Shown: positions 1 to 13,259 of the stretch, in pieces
Position numbering within the stretch: the stretch's first letter is position 1
How the letters are laid out: each line of letters begins with the position of its first letter
NCBI GenBank assembly: GCA_040954595.2
Contig: CM082593.2
Span: 2,621,434 to 2,685,433 of the forward strand
Direction: 5' to 3'
Origin: Balanoglossus misakiensis
Taxonomy: Eukaryota; Animalia; Hemichordata
Length of the DNA stretch: 64,000 nucleotides
Notes under the pieces: model-generated
What the model saw: the letters and a program-made list of their open reading frames with translations, nothing else
The model's database searches: none
Told to the model about the DNA's origin: nothing
Made by a program: the position numbers and the translations under genes

Positions 1-401
1 AAAACTGTAACCTTATCAGCCAGAACGTTTTATTTCATAAAATGTCATCAGCTTACAAGTCGAGCAAAGTCCTGTATACATGCCATAGGTTCCATAACAG
101 ACATAGTGAAATAGGAGCAACAATGCAATTTCTATATGGACTGTCAATCAGTGTATGATCGCACAGACAATTACCAAACGGGGACCACGCTAACTATATT
201 TGATATGCACAAATTGCATCTCTATGCCTTGATTTCATAGCGCCAATTCTACAGGGCGAAAACTGAGTTACACAGACGAAAATATATCCAAGGCTGCCGT
301 GATTTTGGTCTCTTTGCAGAGAGAAGTTGGAGCAGCAGGGTTCAGCATCCCGCGATATCGAAGTTACGAAGTGTGATGAGAACAAAATATTCGCAGAAAA
401 C

Positions 402-3400
402 TTAAGGCCTCAGACGATCAGTTTCTCGGGGTCCCGAGCCAGACACTTCCACAGATCCAAAGTTGCAGAACTGACTGGGTTTCATGACGCTCCGAAAACC
501 CCGGCGGAAGTTATTGCTATAATAGCCATACACGATAGGGTTAACGCTGCTCTGACAGAAAGCCAGCCAATGAGCTATAGGAATGACGTACAGAAACACG
601 GTACGAAAGCTGTCCTGCGACATGGCGCCGAATTCCGCCAGCAGCACGCAGGCGTGTATCGGCAGCCATGATATACCGAATGTTATCACCACCACAAGAA
701 TCATCTTGACGACTTTGATCTTCTGCTTTGATATGGACGCATGCGCTCTGTTGATGGCGGGTGTTTCTTCCGACGCGCCGGGGACGTTTCGTTTCCACAC
801 CTTCCTGGCGATTCGTAGATATGCAATACTGATTATACCCAAAGGCATCAGGTAGGTTATTAAAAAGGTCAGACAGGTGTACGCGCGACGGTAGGAGCCG
901 TTGGGCCACCCCGTCTCCCAGCAGAAATTCAGCCACAGCCCCGGTTTAGCTTCGTATGTTCCCAGCTGAAGCACAACTCCCTGTGGAACCATGATGACAA
1001 CAGCTAGCATCCAAATGGTGACGATGCACAAACAGGCTGTTTGGAATTCCATTCGTGGCCGGAGTGGGTTCACTATGTTGTTGTGTCTATAAAATAACCG
1101 AACACAACCAATCAAATATCAAAGAGACAGTGCCCCTTATGGTAGAATGTGCCACGATAATCTAAGTATTAAACATTTTCTCACATTTTTTACATAAGAA
1201 CGGAATACGGGCACTTTACCATGACACAGTACAGATAATTCTTTCCCCATATCCACACTTCAATAAGATCCATTTCTTAAAACTTCAAAGCAAGAGCATT
1301 TTCGTTAAAACACGCTTAAGGGAGTTGGGCAAGAAACTTCAACCGATGTGAGGAGCACACAAAATATTCAAAAACAGGCAGAGGTTACAGCTAATAGAGA
1401 TTTACTGCGGGCTGTGTTTCAAACCAGACTTGTTATTGCAAGCACGCAATCCCTTCAGAGCGAAGGCACTGTACCTTATATAATGCCTCAACATGATGCA
1501 CGCGGCCCATTCAGCCATTTTGTTTGGATCCCTGAAAACACCAGCGGGAGAGCATACTTTTTTCTAACGAGGATAGCCAACGCAATATCCTATGATTCAC
1601 CAGCCGAAGGGTTGCCCGCCGTGTCAAGAAAACGCGTTTTAAATTAATAGGGTTGACTGGGAAACGAGTGAAATTAGTGTTATGGGTAAGTTGGGATGCA
1701 ATTAATTCCGATGACTAATAGCTAATTGAGATAAATGACGATTAAATTCACAAGTTCGGTGGAATAAAAATAGAGTCATTACAAATTATCAATGGCCGCA
1801 ATTTCCAGCAAGGTTGATGGTTTAATGACTCCCTAGACACCATACCGCCATGTTTGGTCAAATCATGCGTTACTGATGACCTAAAACACTTCATTTACCC
1901 CGTTAATTTATTATCATCATAAAATAAAATCTAGATTTTACTTGCTATGTGTTCTTATTAGAGTGTTTAGCTCATCTTTTGTGGGTCCCTCCCATTGGCT
2001 ATAATTTGACACGCATGCGTGTTCCAGTGCGTGGGGTTTTGCGCAGTTTAAATGGTGCAGGCCACCTATAAGACTGATTGACTTTACTCACCTATCGATG
2101 GCAATAACAGTGAGCGTGAAGATGGAAGCAGCAACTGATATGCCTTGAATAACGGGTGTCAACTTGCACATTGCCAATCCAAAAGGCCATCCTGTAAGAG
2201 AACGAAGATCAATGACATGCAAATATGATATGAGAGATAACTGAATCGAGATGTTGGCAAGATCCCCTTTAGAATCCACGAGGTCCTGGAATCTTTCCGG
2301 TCAGACCGCACGTTATTGGACTTCGCATACGCCACAGTTAAACAAAGTCCCTCATGTCTGTACTATACAACGGGCGTCTCCTTAACGACCCACTTTCAAT
2401 CAACATTGACGAGTGGAACTTAAAGTTGCGAGTTTATAGATTGAAATTCTCGAACAGACATGGCTGAATTGATTTTAATGTTCTGAGAGTATTTCAAGGT
2501 TTATACCTCTTTTGCAAGCCACTTCGCTGTCCTTTGCAAACCCACGTTCGCACTAATTTTACCTTTTATGGCCCAATCTCGGGATTATTTTCCCCTTGCC
2601 TGAGTGAATTCGAATGCTCTACAATGCTCTACTTTATTTTTCCCCACAACAACTGCACGTGTTGAAGATGGGGATCGAGAAAACACGTAAAAATGACAGC
2701 ATATCGACTTTTGAATGGCAAATTGTCATCTTTGAATACAGCTGATTGGATACCTATATTTATGCTTTGTCACATAAGAAATATCCGAGGATGACCTTCC
2801 AAACGCTCGTTTTAATTATCTTGCTTTGCATGTAAAGATGACGTGGCCAAAACAGGACGTGTTTCGTCGATGAGGAAGCGTTTCGATACAGAATACCGTT
2901 CGCGCGAGGTTCAATCTATTAAATTAAGAAGCGACTTTTGCTGCCCCTTTTCATCGGTGACATTGAGGGAATCTCCCTCGGGTGGCCTGCTCGAGTGACA
3001 GGCTCTCCGACTCAAGCATGTATTCCCTCATCCATTGCGTTAAACACAGCGGCGCGGTATCAAACAATCCAACAGTGTCTCATCGAAATTCATCTCTGAC
3101 CTTTTCTGTGAGTGCTAAACCACGGGGCGATGCGTGGAGCACGTCCAGGAAAACGTTTGAGGAATTACATGCAGTCGAATGACAGGGCAGGCAGGAACGT
3201 AATGCAAGGAGATAAAATTGGCTTTTTCGCGGTTGGATTAACGATTGAAAAGCGTGATAAGAGTGTACCCTCGGCGCTGCGGCCCGGGCCATTGCCCTAA
3301 ACTTGTTCGACATAATTTCTGACACTGACCCAACAAAGTTTTTATATGCTGACTTTACAATAAAAATAATATAAGAATAATATAAGAGCATGCCACCGAA

Positions 3401-5212
3401 GTGAAAGCTACTTGGTGACACTTTCAGTTACTTGCACAGTTGTAGTTTTTTGCCGACTTCAACGTTCGAGCTATCTCAAAATCTGCCCTTCGCTACTTCT
3501 TTGGCCTTTCAAAATGAAAAACTGATTACTGGAGGCACTTACATGTAAAATTGCTGTTCTTATCTCCTTTATCAGCGGCTTCGCATTACACACAGAAAGA
3601 TGAAGAGATATCTACTTTGGGTCTATCAAGAGACAGTCGCCTATATTTTGAGCACTTAGGTTTTGAGGATCAATGACAGACTTTCTACACCTATAGCGCG
3701 TTGGATTGTCCAGGTATTCTCTCTACCTCAAATAGGTTTTTGCTCCCTAGGTGAGTGATTAAAATCGCACATGGTCGACACAATTTCAAGATGGCCGAAT
3801 TGCCAATTGTTGACATCAAATACGATAGCTGACTGCACATTTTGGATTTTATAGGTTTAACCGTGCTTTAGGGAGTAGAAAAGGAACTACTCAATATTAC
3901 ATAGTGTCTCCGTAATGCTTAAAGATATATATTGAACTTAAAGCAGAGTTAGACACTTAACGATATTAAACAGCATAAAGCCCAAAGTTTGATACTGAAA
4001 CTTTAACAGAGAAAAATGACTATTTGCACTTTATACATTACGTTCTTGTGAAAAATGTTCTCGGGAGGTGAACAGTCAAACCTCCGTTGGCGCCAGTTCG
4101 TGTGACAACATAACCCACAGGCGAAGGGGACCGCGTGACACGGCAGCAGACACTTCGAAGTTTTTTTATGGCGCTAGTTATCCGCCTCGTTAATTATTAC
4201 CATAGAGATTCCGTAATTTATGTGGTCATCAACTCCTGTAAATAACAGTTTCAATCAATACACACGCTCGAGCCTATACAGATTGATTGACTGTCTGTCA
4301 TTGCGCATGTCAGTTGCAATCATCGCGACCAGACCTGAAAAGGGGGGCTTGAACGCAAGGCCGAGCTTTTGATGACAAATATGCATTTTTAAAATTTGGT
4401 TTTCAATATGGATCGCTCTGACGAAAAAAGGCATGTTCCGAAGGACATGGTTTCATAATGGCTTTTTTTCTTGTAGATATTGGTAACATCTCGCACAGTA
4501 TGATGTCCGTTTAAAACACGCAAATGTAAAGGTCGAAACTGTGCGATGTCTATATTTTGCTGAAGGCATGAAGACTGCAAGCCCATCCCATCCATTCTTT
4601 GACATAATGCTTTTTTATTCCTGTAGCGATCATGATTGCTCATATCGCGTGGATCTGCTTTATGCAAATTGAGGTCTGACATTACGTTTATATGTCAATT
4701 TCCCAGAGGCTGTTAGGTCACGTGAAAGAGAGACAGAATATGTGTATTACATAAAGTCAGCAAAAGGTAGATTGGGAATAAAGTTGCAGACTTCTGATAT
4801 AATTTTGCTGACTTCTTCATAGAAAATAGTATTATTTAACGCAATAAACTAAAATAACTAAAACAATGCAGAGAGATCATTCCTGAAACAAACCCCTGCT
4901 TGAAGTCGGAGAGTTATCTACTTGGAAAGAATGCGTCGACTTACCTTCTAAAATGTTATCAACAAGCGTGATAGGCATGCAGAATATGGAGACCAGGAGA
5001 TCGGCCACGGCGAGGTTGACGATAAAACAGTTGGTGACGCTGTACATCACCGCGTTGCGAGCCACGATCAGGCAGACCAAGGAATTCCCGATGAAGCAGG
5101 CCAGGAAGATGACCACATAAGCGACGATGTATGCCGTGGTTATCCACGGCCCATTCTTCAGCATAAGGAGCGAGGAAGTCACGTTGAAGTAAGTGTTCGG
5201 CGGTGTCTCCAT
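402..5212 (-). CDS. NPFFR: Neuropeptide FF / SIFamide / GnIH-type class A GPCR, 3 coding exons, ~350 aa
   Basis: Exons 5212-4945, 2191-2092 and 1086-402 join in frame through GT-AG introns (1053 nt). Motifs: TM1 [13 protein letters not shown]2 [21 protein letters not shown]1 GWPFG..MCK, TM3 [21 protein letters not shown]6 SWLP, TM7 [25 protein letters not shown]. These are characteristic of NPFFR/SIFaR. A further acceptor (tgtgcag on the minus strand) near 5260 implies an upstream 5' UTR exon. Confidence 0.9.
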
Positions 5213-8200
5213 GTCTGCCGTGGATCATGGTGTGGTCACGTGACCCTCAGTTCCAAAGCCTGCACACACAAAGAAAAAAATCGCAGAAATACGACAACTT
5301 AGAGGGTAATCTAATATTGCAGACGATATTACATTCGGTAACCCACACCCTGCTGTGCTGCATCAATAATTATTCATGACGTCATTACTAGTTCCATAAA
5401 AAAACACTCCAAAAATTATGATTGCACCTTCACATAGAAGCATTTCTCATGTAGTCTGCACAAAGGACATGGAAACACCGATACCACTTCACAACAAATA
5501 TGTATTCATCAATTATTATTCCTCCTGCCAGGGTCAGCCCTACGATTTGAATGCTGGTTATTAACCTCGAGTTGTATATGACAGAAGATGTAAGTAATAC
5601 TGCAATGGACAGTCGCACCCCACCTGAGACACGCATACAGCATATTTTTCACGTGAAGGCAGGCAGATAAACGAGCCTGTTAACGACCCGTGGATATCAT
5701 TAGCATTTATCAAGCTTTACCAGTCCGTTAGCATCGCTCGGTGCAATTTCAACAACTTCAGCTCAAAATCGATCTAAATGTCTTCGGGGGTGTAAAGTTC
5801 GTCGTAGGATAATAAGACCGCTCCTGCTGCGTGCTTCGCCGAAAGAAATCGAAACCCTTTGCTCCAATACGTTAGGAATCAACCATCGGAAGTCGAAACC
5901 GCGCGACACAGCTGTGAGCCGAAGAAAGATTTTCCGATTTGGTCCGATATTGCAAAGGTTGATTCACATAATCCATACACCTTTTCTATATTGTTGTTGA
6001 CGGACAGACTTCTAGAAAATTACAAACACAGTACCCCAGGTTCGGCTGTAGGCGTCATTTCCTTATGTTTTCATCCTGTCGTTCGAACTCACAAATCAAA
6101 ATTAATGACTGTTCTTTGCCGTCTGTTATCCTGTCCACCAACTGAATGCAACCTTTCATCTGAGGAATCTGTAGTCAGCGAAAACGGATCGACTTACGAT
6201 ATCGGCGTCTGACGCGCATGTGCAGACTATGTGCCCTAAACACTGTAATTTTCAACTTGGCAGTTGCTCTCATCAGTGACAGGAAACAAGAAATCAGCGC
6301 GTCACCTTGACTGCAACAAGGCGCCAAAAATCTAACAAAATGTGTCCAACACATGGCAGTTTACGTGAAGGCCACAACAGTCTAATGAACACATCTGTTT
6401 AATGCTAGATTAGACTGATGGGTGCCTGTGGATACCGGAGGCCCAAGCGACCAACAACAGCTCGCTCGTGAGACCTCATCGAAAAATCATAAACCATGTT
6501 ATGGTACACTAGGCGCGCGCCCTGTGATAATACTGAGAATGACTGCATCATTTTAAAGGGAAGGGTCGTTTGAACTGCACATGTGCGACATTTCTGTTTA
6601 TAAACACATCATAGACATAATTCCCAAGTCCTGCCAGACCCCGCCAGCCAATACAAGTTGTAACAAAGTAACATGAGATGCAATGATATAACATGATAAA
6701 CCTTATAGCAGTTTCACTATGTCCCTATTTCGACTTTTTAGCAACTGTGTCAAATGCAAATTAATCATACACGCAGCCGCAGACGACACGGCCGCCTCCC
6801 TTTAAATGGCAACATGGCAATGGTTTGTTTCTATTCTATTTGAGTTATAGTCTGCAGAGAAGCAAAGGAACAAAATTATGTCACCATATCACTTTACTCG
6901 ATTTTCGACCATCAGACGTGGCAATGCACGGTGTGTTTTTGAAAGTGTTGAACATTAATCAAGATTAGTTCTACGATCTACAAAAACATCTGCATTTGAA
7001 GATTTTGCATGACAAGAACATTTTAATGAACAGCACACGAGTACAAATAGCTAAGAACGTGATAGATTTTCTCCGCCATCGCCGAATCAACATCAACTGG
7101 ATTATCGTGGAAATCCAACAAAGTGAAAATCAATAGACTTTGATTGTTTGGGATTAGAATTCCAATCCCTGTGTATTTTAGGGGACTAAAATCCTGGTCA
7201 ATCCCAGTAGCTAGCTAGAAAACCAATTTGTGACGTATGGAAGCAAAAGTTACTTGTCAATCAATCGCGTGTTGTGTGCGTGATGCGTTTGCTAATTGTT
7301 TGCCCCAGTGTGGCGGAAGTATACAATGCATGGAAATCTCGCAGGTTCAACAAATAACGCTTTTCACAGGTTTAGCAAACAGTGTCTGCCACTTGAATGT
7401 AATAGTCGGATTTGCGTATACAAAGTTATACCCGTAATTTTAGACAGGGCCTTTTAATTGCAGGAAAACTGCTTTGCTGTTCGTTATTTAATTCTACTGG
7501 CTAAAAAATCTCATTGGGACTGATCCGTAATTGCGTTGAGTTTTGGTGTCATCAAAAACAGTTCACCCATTATTGTGTTATAGAACATTATTGCGTGATC
7601 GAACACAATAATGCTACATGTTGTACACTTCTCACAGAAATCTATTTAGACATTCTGATCAACGCAGCAACAAGTTAAACAGCTATGAACGCGTATTTCC
7701 ACGCCAGCAAAAAATCTTATGTCGTTTTGAAGCAAACCAGTCAATACACAGTGCCAGATAATTACGGTTCATGCAGCTACACATTGCATAACTGCAGCTG
7801 GACTCAGAATACAACTCAGCATGGATAAGCATCCAGTCTGCCACGTCGCTGTGACGTCACCACGATGTCGTAACTCATAGATCAATAATCTGTTAGTTAA
7901 CCTTATTTCAACTACTAAACTCAAACTACCCTGCAGCTCACTGTACCGTCACCATAAAAAAAGTCTGAACACGTAATTTGACCCTGAGTGTGAATGCAAA
8001 ATCATTAGGGAGGAAAGTTGTGAAAAATGAGCCGCGTATTGAAATGGGTAAATTGATTACCGTATTCAGCCAATCAATCGTGGAGAAGCCAATTAACAAG
8101 ACACCGAACACTCGGCTGCACATGCGACTGAAAACCAATAGTTTGGTGACGGTGGAGTGTCGCATTTCTCGGCTGACTTTTCCCAACACAATAACGTGCG

Positions 8201-9099
8201 GATACAGGGATGGTTATTTCCAATGAAAGCCGATAATAATTGCTATGTTATCAATACGCGCCGCGTCACTGGTATATCTTGCCATATATCACAATTAAAA
8301 ATTAAAGCTGCAAGCAGCGTTGAAGGGGCCCAAGCATAGAGTTAATAACCATTAGACTCCATTCAGGGTTGTACCATTCAAATGCGTAGGCTGTATTTGC
8401 TCTGGATGTGGAGATATGGGGAAGTAGGCAACCACCCGAAATGGATGTCTTACAAATACAAACACAACAACCAAAGGTGAACTTCTACGTTGTAAGTACT
8501 TCAGTTACTTCAAAGGTCAGCTGAGGGTATCCAAAAATTGGGCCAAAAATTAGGATTCTTATTTGGTTCTTATTCAAGACAATGGAAAATCCTCGCCCTT
8601 TGGGTTTGTCAAATTAGGTATGGCCATAATAATGAGTTAGGCAAGTAAGTTACAGGTGGCTCCAGGAATTTAGCATTTCATGACGCAGAGGGTCCTACCC
8701 TTCCCCTCCAAACACCTGGCTATATATGATGTGCATGCTAACATATGGAAAGCAGGTCAATGGACACCTGATGTCACCCAAAAATTTGACAACAAATGTT
8801 CATTCCTGTTTATGTCATGTGCAACAAATCCTACATTTGCAGCCCTTTCACTTTGCCTACCATTAGGTATGCACGTAATACATGAATCAAGCAGGTGTCG
8901 CAGGTATCCCCCTGTATTTGGCATTTCATGATAGTTTCGCTCCGAATACCAAAGCTGCACTTGTACAACGGGCTGAGATATGGCACTGTACGACAGAGGT
9001 CATCCAAATCAACTTATACATTTGGGCAAAAACAAACTGACACTTACATTCGTCCCTGTGGAACAAAAACCACACCTATTGCCCTGTTGACCGTACACA

Positions 9100-9749
9100 A
9101 CCCGAAAAATTTCAAATCCCCCCCTTCCGAACTGCCAAAATTTTGAAATCCCCCCCCCTCCCCATTTTCTTTCACAGAGCAAAACAGATCACCTAGTATC
9201 TATCTTGTAAAAAAAGAAAAACAGCGCTCCCATTTTTTAAGTATTTGTATCCTGTGTTGGGAGTCATTGTAAACCAAAATTGAAGGGGGTGGGTTTGGGA
9301 GGGGGTGCACGTAAGAAAATTTTATAAAATACAGAGCTCAAAGCTGCATTTTAATGAACCCGGCAAAGGCAAATTAACTCAACTACCGGTATGTTGGGGA
9401 GGACAAATTTAACCGTCGCCGCTCAAAGTTATCATGGGGTGGGGCAAGTCCCCTGACCTGGGACACTAGATAAACCAGTCAATGATTGAAAGGTGTTGAT
9501 GAATGAAGGGGGTGGGTGTGGGAGGGGGTGTCCCCCTCCCACATTAGAAAATTTTGTAAAATAAAGGGCGCGAAACTGCATTTTTGGGGACTCAAAATAA
9601 ATATTTAGTCGTCAAAGTTTTCAATTCCCCCCCCCCTTTCAGTCCCTAAATTAGTTCAAATCCCCCCCTTACATACCCTCAATTTTTTCAAATCCCCTCC
9701 TCAATTCTCCTGCCCCCCCCCTCCTGAGGATTTTGTGAATGCAGCCTAA
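9100..9749. repeat. Poly-C/poly-G-rich repeat fragment interrupting the outer element
   Basis: Repeated aaatcccccc and ggggtggg tracts ending in ...ggattttgtgaatgcagcctaa. It interrupts sequence homologous to the HINE body. No second terminus was found. Confidence 0.35.
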
Positions 9750-10735
9750 CTTGACAGGAAAATCGGACTTCATATTGATCCATTTGCAACAAATACCACA
9801 CTAGCATCCCTTTCATTGACCCCACAATTACGCATGCTCATAATTGAGTTACGCAGGTGTTACAGGTGACCCCCGAATCGGGCGTATTATTTTGGTCCCA
9901 TACAGCTGCATGAAGCTGTGTGCCATTACGGGCCACCTGCGGGCCAACCCCCATACTGAACGTTCAGTTGCAACGTCACGACTGAAGTAGGAACTGTTGA
10001 ACGGCAAAGAAGCCTGATCTCTGATTATTGCTGGTACCATACTCCCTTCGTGCAAGAAAATCATTGGTCTGCTGACGTATTTCGGCCACATTAGCGACTG
10101 AGGGTCAAAGTCCGCTGCCGCATTACATTGAATGTTAACCAGTGTTAGCCGGGTCTAGATAGAAACATTTGAACGGCAACAGCTAACAAACTCAGCGTAA
10201 TTCAATAAAACGCCCTAACACAGCCTGAACTCCGATAATGTGTTATCCCAAAATTCATTCCGTGGAAAATAATCACTGGTCTGTTTACGTATTTCAGCCG
10301 ATTTTCCAAGGACTACTGCAACCCGCCAGAAGTGAGTAGCGTGCTAATGAGATCTCCACAACATTACGTAATGATGGTCAAAGTCCGATGCCCCAGTGTC
10401 CGTCCTCAGCCCACCAAAAATGCGAAAAATATTACAAAAATCTTCTTCTCAAAATCGACGTGGCCTAGGACCTTGAAATTTGGCACAGGGGATTTTGGCC
10501 ACATGGTCTACAAAAATCGCGAAAAGAATGTACATTCCCCCATTAACGTGCAAATTAGGTCAATTTGAAAATTTCGCTCGATTATAGCCACCAAGTCACG
10601 TGACTAATTACAAATTCAAAGGGCAGGTGCACTAGTACTCATGGGCCCCAATCATCGTGCCAAACTTCATAGGCGCAGGTGCCGGAATTTCAGAGAAAAA
10701 CGGGAGCAAAAAAACGACTCAAGAAGAAAGAAGAA

Positions 10736-11876
10736 ATATAGCTGCAAGCAGCGATGACGGGCACAAGCTTAAGCCGAAGGTCAAAGGTCATATGTGGTCA
10801 CCCAAAAATTGGGCAAAAAGTTTTGACCCCCATACCAGTCCAGGTCCAACAGAAACCAGACCTCTAGCCCTATTGGTTTGTCTGAAATTAGATATGCGCA
10901 TAATTAATGATGTAAAGTGTAAGACTCTATCAATAGTTCGATCCATCCAAACACAAATGCTGTACCTGTTCTGGATGCCGAGATATAGGAAAGTAGGTCA
11001 AAGGTCACCTGAGGCCATCCAAAAGTTTAGCAAAAAAATTTGACCCCATACCAGTCCAGGTCCAACAAAAATCAGGCCTCTAACCCTATTGGTTCGCCTA
11101 GAATTAGATATGCACATAATTAATGAGGTAAAGTATTAGGCTTCATTAGGAGTTCCATGCCTCCAAATGCCAAGGCTGTATCTGCGCTGGTTGCCGAGAT
11201 ATGGTAAAGTAGGTCAAAGGTCACCTGAGGTCACCCAAAATTTGGCAAGAAATTTTAACCCCATACTGGTTCATGTCCCACAAGAACAAAACCTCTAGCC
11301 CTATTAGTTAGCCTGGAATTAGGTATGCACATAATTAATGAGTTAAGCAGGTGTTACAGGTGAGCCCAAAATTTTGCCATTTATTGTGGTCCCATTCTGC
11401 TCACGGGCCAATAGAGAGTCACTGTACAGGACCATTGCACAGCCGGCGTGGACATAGCGTCATAGCTTAACTATAGAAAATATAGGCCTATGGCTGGGTC
11501 CAAAAATATGAAAAAATAAAAAATCTTCTTCTCAAAATAGACTTGGCCCATGGCCTTGACATTTGGCATGTAGGACACTGACCACATGGTCTGCAAAAAT
11601 CGCTAAAAGAATTTTGATATCTCCATTCATATGCAAATTAGGTCCATTTGAAAACTTTGCCCATATATGGTCATCAGGTCACATGACTAATTAAACATTC
11701 ACAGGGATACTGCACCAGCTCTCATAGGCCTGCACCATTGTGCCAAGTTTGAGATTTGTAGGTTCAGCCGTTTTCAAGATCTACCTGAGCAAAAAAACTA
11801 CACAAGAAAAAAAAAAAAAAGATGAAAAACCCCAGTAATACCAATAGGGCACAAGCCTGCTTGGCTTGTGCCCTAA
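10736..11876 (-). mobile_element. Inner Helentron-like non-autonomous element, copy A (3 internal ~216-bp subunits)
   Basis: Terminal stem-loop gctgcaagcagc (10741-10752) plus subterminal repeat gggcacaagc (10759-10768). The opposite end has a 13-bp hairpin, tagggcacaagcc-tgctt-ggcttgtgcccta (11845-11875), next to a poly-A tract. Subunits start near 10778, 10995 and 11211. Confidence 0.7.
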
Positions 11877-13259
11877 ATATAGCTGCAAGCAGCGATGACG
11901 GGCACAAGCTTAAGCCGAAGGTCAAAGGTCATATGTGGTCGCCCAAAATTTGGGCAAAAAGTTTTGATCCTAATACTAGTCCAGGTCCAACAGAAACCAG
12001 ACCTCTAGCCCTATTGGCTTGTCTGAAATTAGATATGCGCATAATGAATGATGTAAAGTGTAAGACTCCATTAATAGTTCGATCCATCCAAACACAAATG
12101 CTGTACCTGTTCTGGATGCCGAGATATAGGAAAGTAGGTCAAAGGTCACCTGAGGCCACCCGAAAGTTGGGCAAAAATTTTTGACCCCATACTAGTCCAG
12201 GTCCAACAAAAACCAGACCTCTAGCCCTATTGGCTCGCCTAGAATTAGATATGCACATAATTAATGAGGTAAAGTATAAAGCTCCATTAGGAGTTCCATG
12301 CCTCCAAATGCAATGCCTGTATCTGCGTGGGTTGCCGAGATATGGTAAAGTAGGTCAAAGGTCACCTGAGGTCACCCAAAATTGGGCAAGAAATTTTAAC
12401 CCCATACTGGTCCATGTTCAACAAAAATCAAACCTCTAGCCCTATTGGCTAGCCTGGAATTAGGTATGCACATAATTAATGAGATAAGCAGGTGTCACAG
12501 GTGACCCCCAATTTTGTCTTTTCAATTTTAGTCACAACCCTCCATACGCCAAGTCTGTACCTGCTGTGGATGCCAAGATATAGGAAAGTAGGTCAAAGGT
12601 CACCTGAGGTCACCCAAAATTTGGGCAAACATTTTTGATCCCATACTGGTCCATGTCCCACAAGAACAAAACCTCTAGCTGTATTAGTTAGCCTGGAATT
12701 AGGTATGCACATAATTAATGAGTTAAGCAGGTGTTACAGGTGAGCCGAAAATTTTGCCTTTTATTGTGGTCCCATTCTGCTCACGGGCCAATAGAGAGTC
12801 ACTGCACAGGACCATTGCACAGACGTGGACATAGCGTCATAGCTTAACTATAGAAAGTATAGGCCCATGGCTGGGTCCAAAAAATATGAAATATAATATT
12901 TAAAAATCTTCTTCTCAAAATTGACTTGGCCCAGAGCCTTGAAATTTAGCATGTAGGACACTGACCATATGGTCCGCAAAATGATTGCACAGAATTTTGA
13001 TATCGTCATTCATATGCAAATTAGGTCCATTTGAAAACTTTGCCCATATATGGTCATCAGGTCACATGTCTAATTAAACATTCACAGGGATACTGCACCA
13101 GCTCTCATAGGCCTGCACCATTGTGCCAAGTTTGAGATTTGTAGGTTCAGCCGTTTTCAAGATCTACCTGAGCAAAAAAACTACACAAGAAAAAAAAAAA
13201 AAAGATGAAAAACCCCAGTAATACCAATAGGGCACAAGCCTGCTTGGCTTGTGCCCTAA
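11877..13259 (-). mobile_element. Inner Helentron-like non-autonomous element, copy B (4 internal subunits), head-to-tail with copy A
   Basis: Highly similar to copy A with identical termini (gctgcaagcagc at 11882; hairpin at 13228-13258). Subunits start near 11919, 12136, 12352 and 12590. Confidence 0.7.

Noticed and set aside
327-936. ORFs overlapping the GPCR last exon (327-671, 541-936, 583-855)
   Set aside because: They are shadow or alternative-frame ORFs of GC-richer coding sequence with no recognisable motifs. The same applies to antisense ORFs over MASK, FADD (49269-49745), SIRT1 and PDPR.
10657-12439. Repeated 69-128 aa ORFs (…NIAASSDDGHKLKPKVKG…)
   Set aside because: They are chance frames across duplicated non-autonomous elements. 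They have no Rep/helicase, transposase or RT motifs and cross element boundaries.
10736-13259. Regularly spaced repeats as a CRISPR-like array
   Set aside because: The units are ~216 bp and similar along their whole length, with no unique spacers and no cas genes, in a eukaryotic context.
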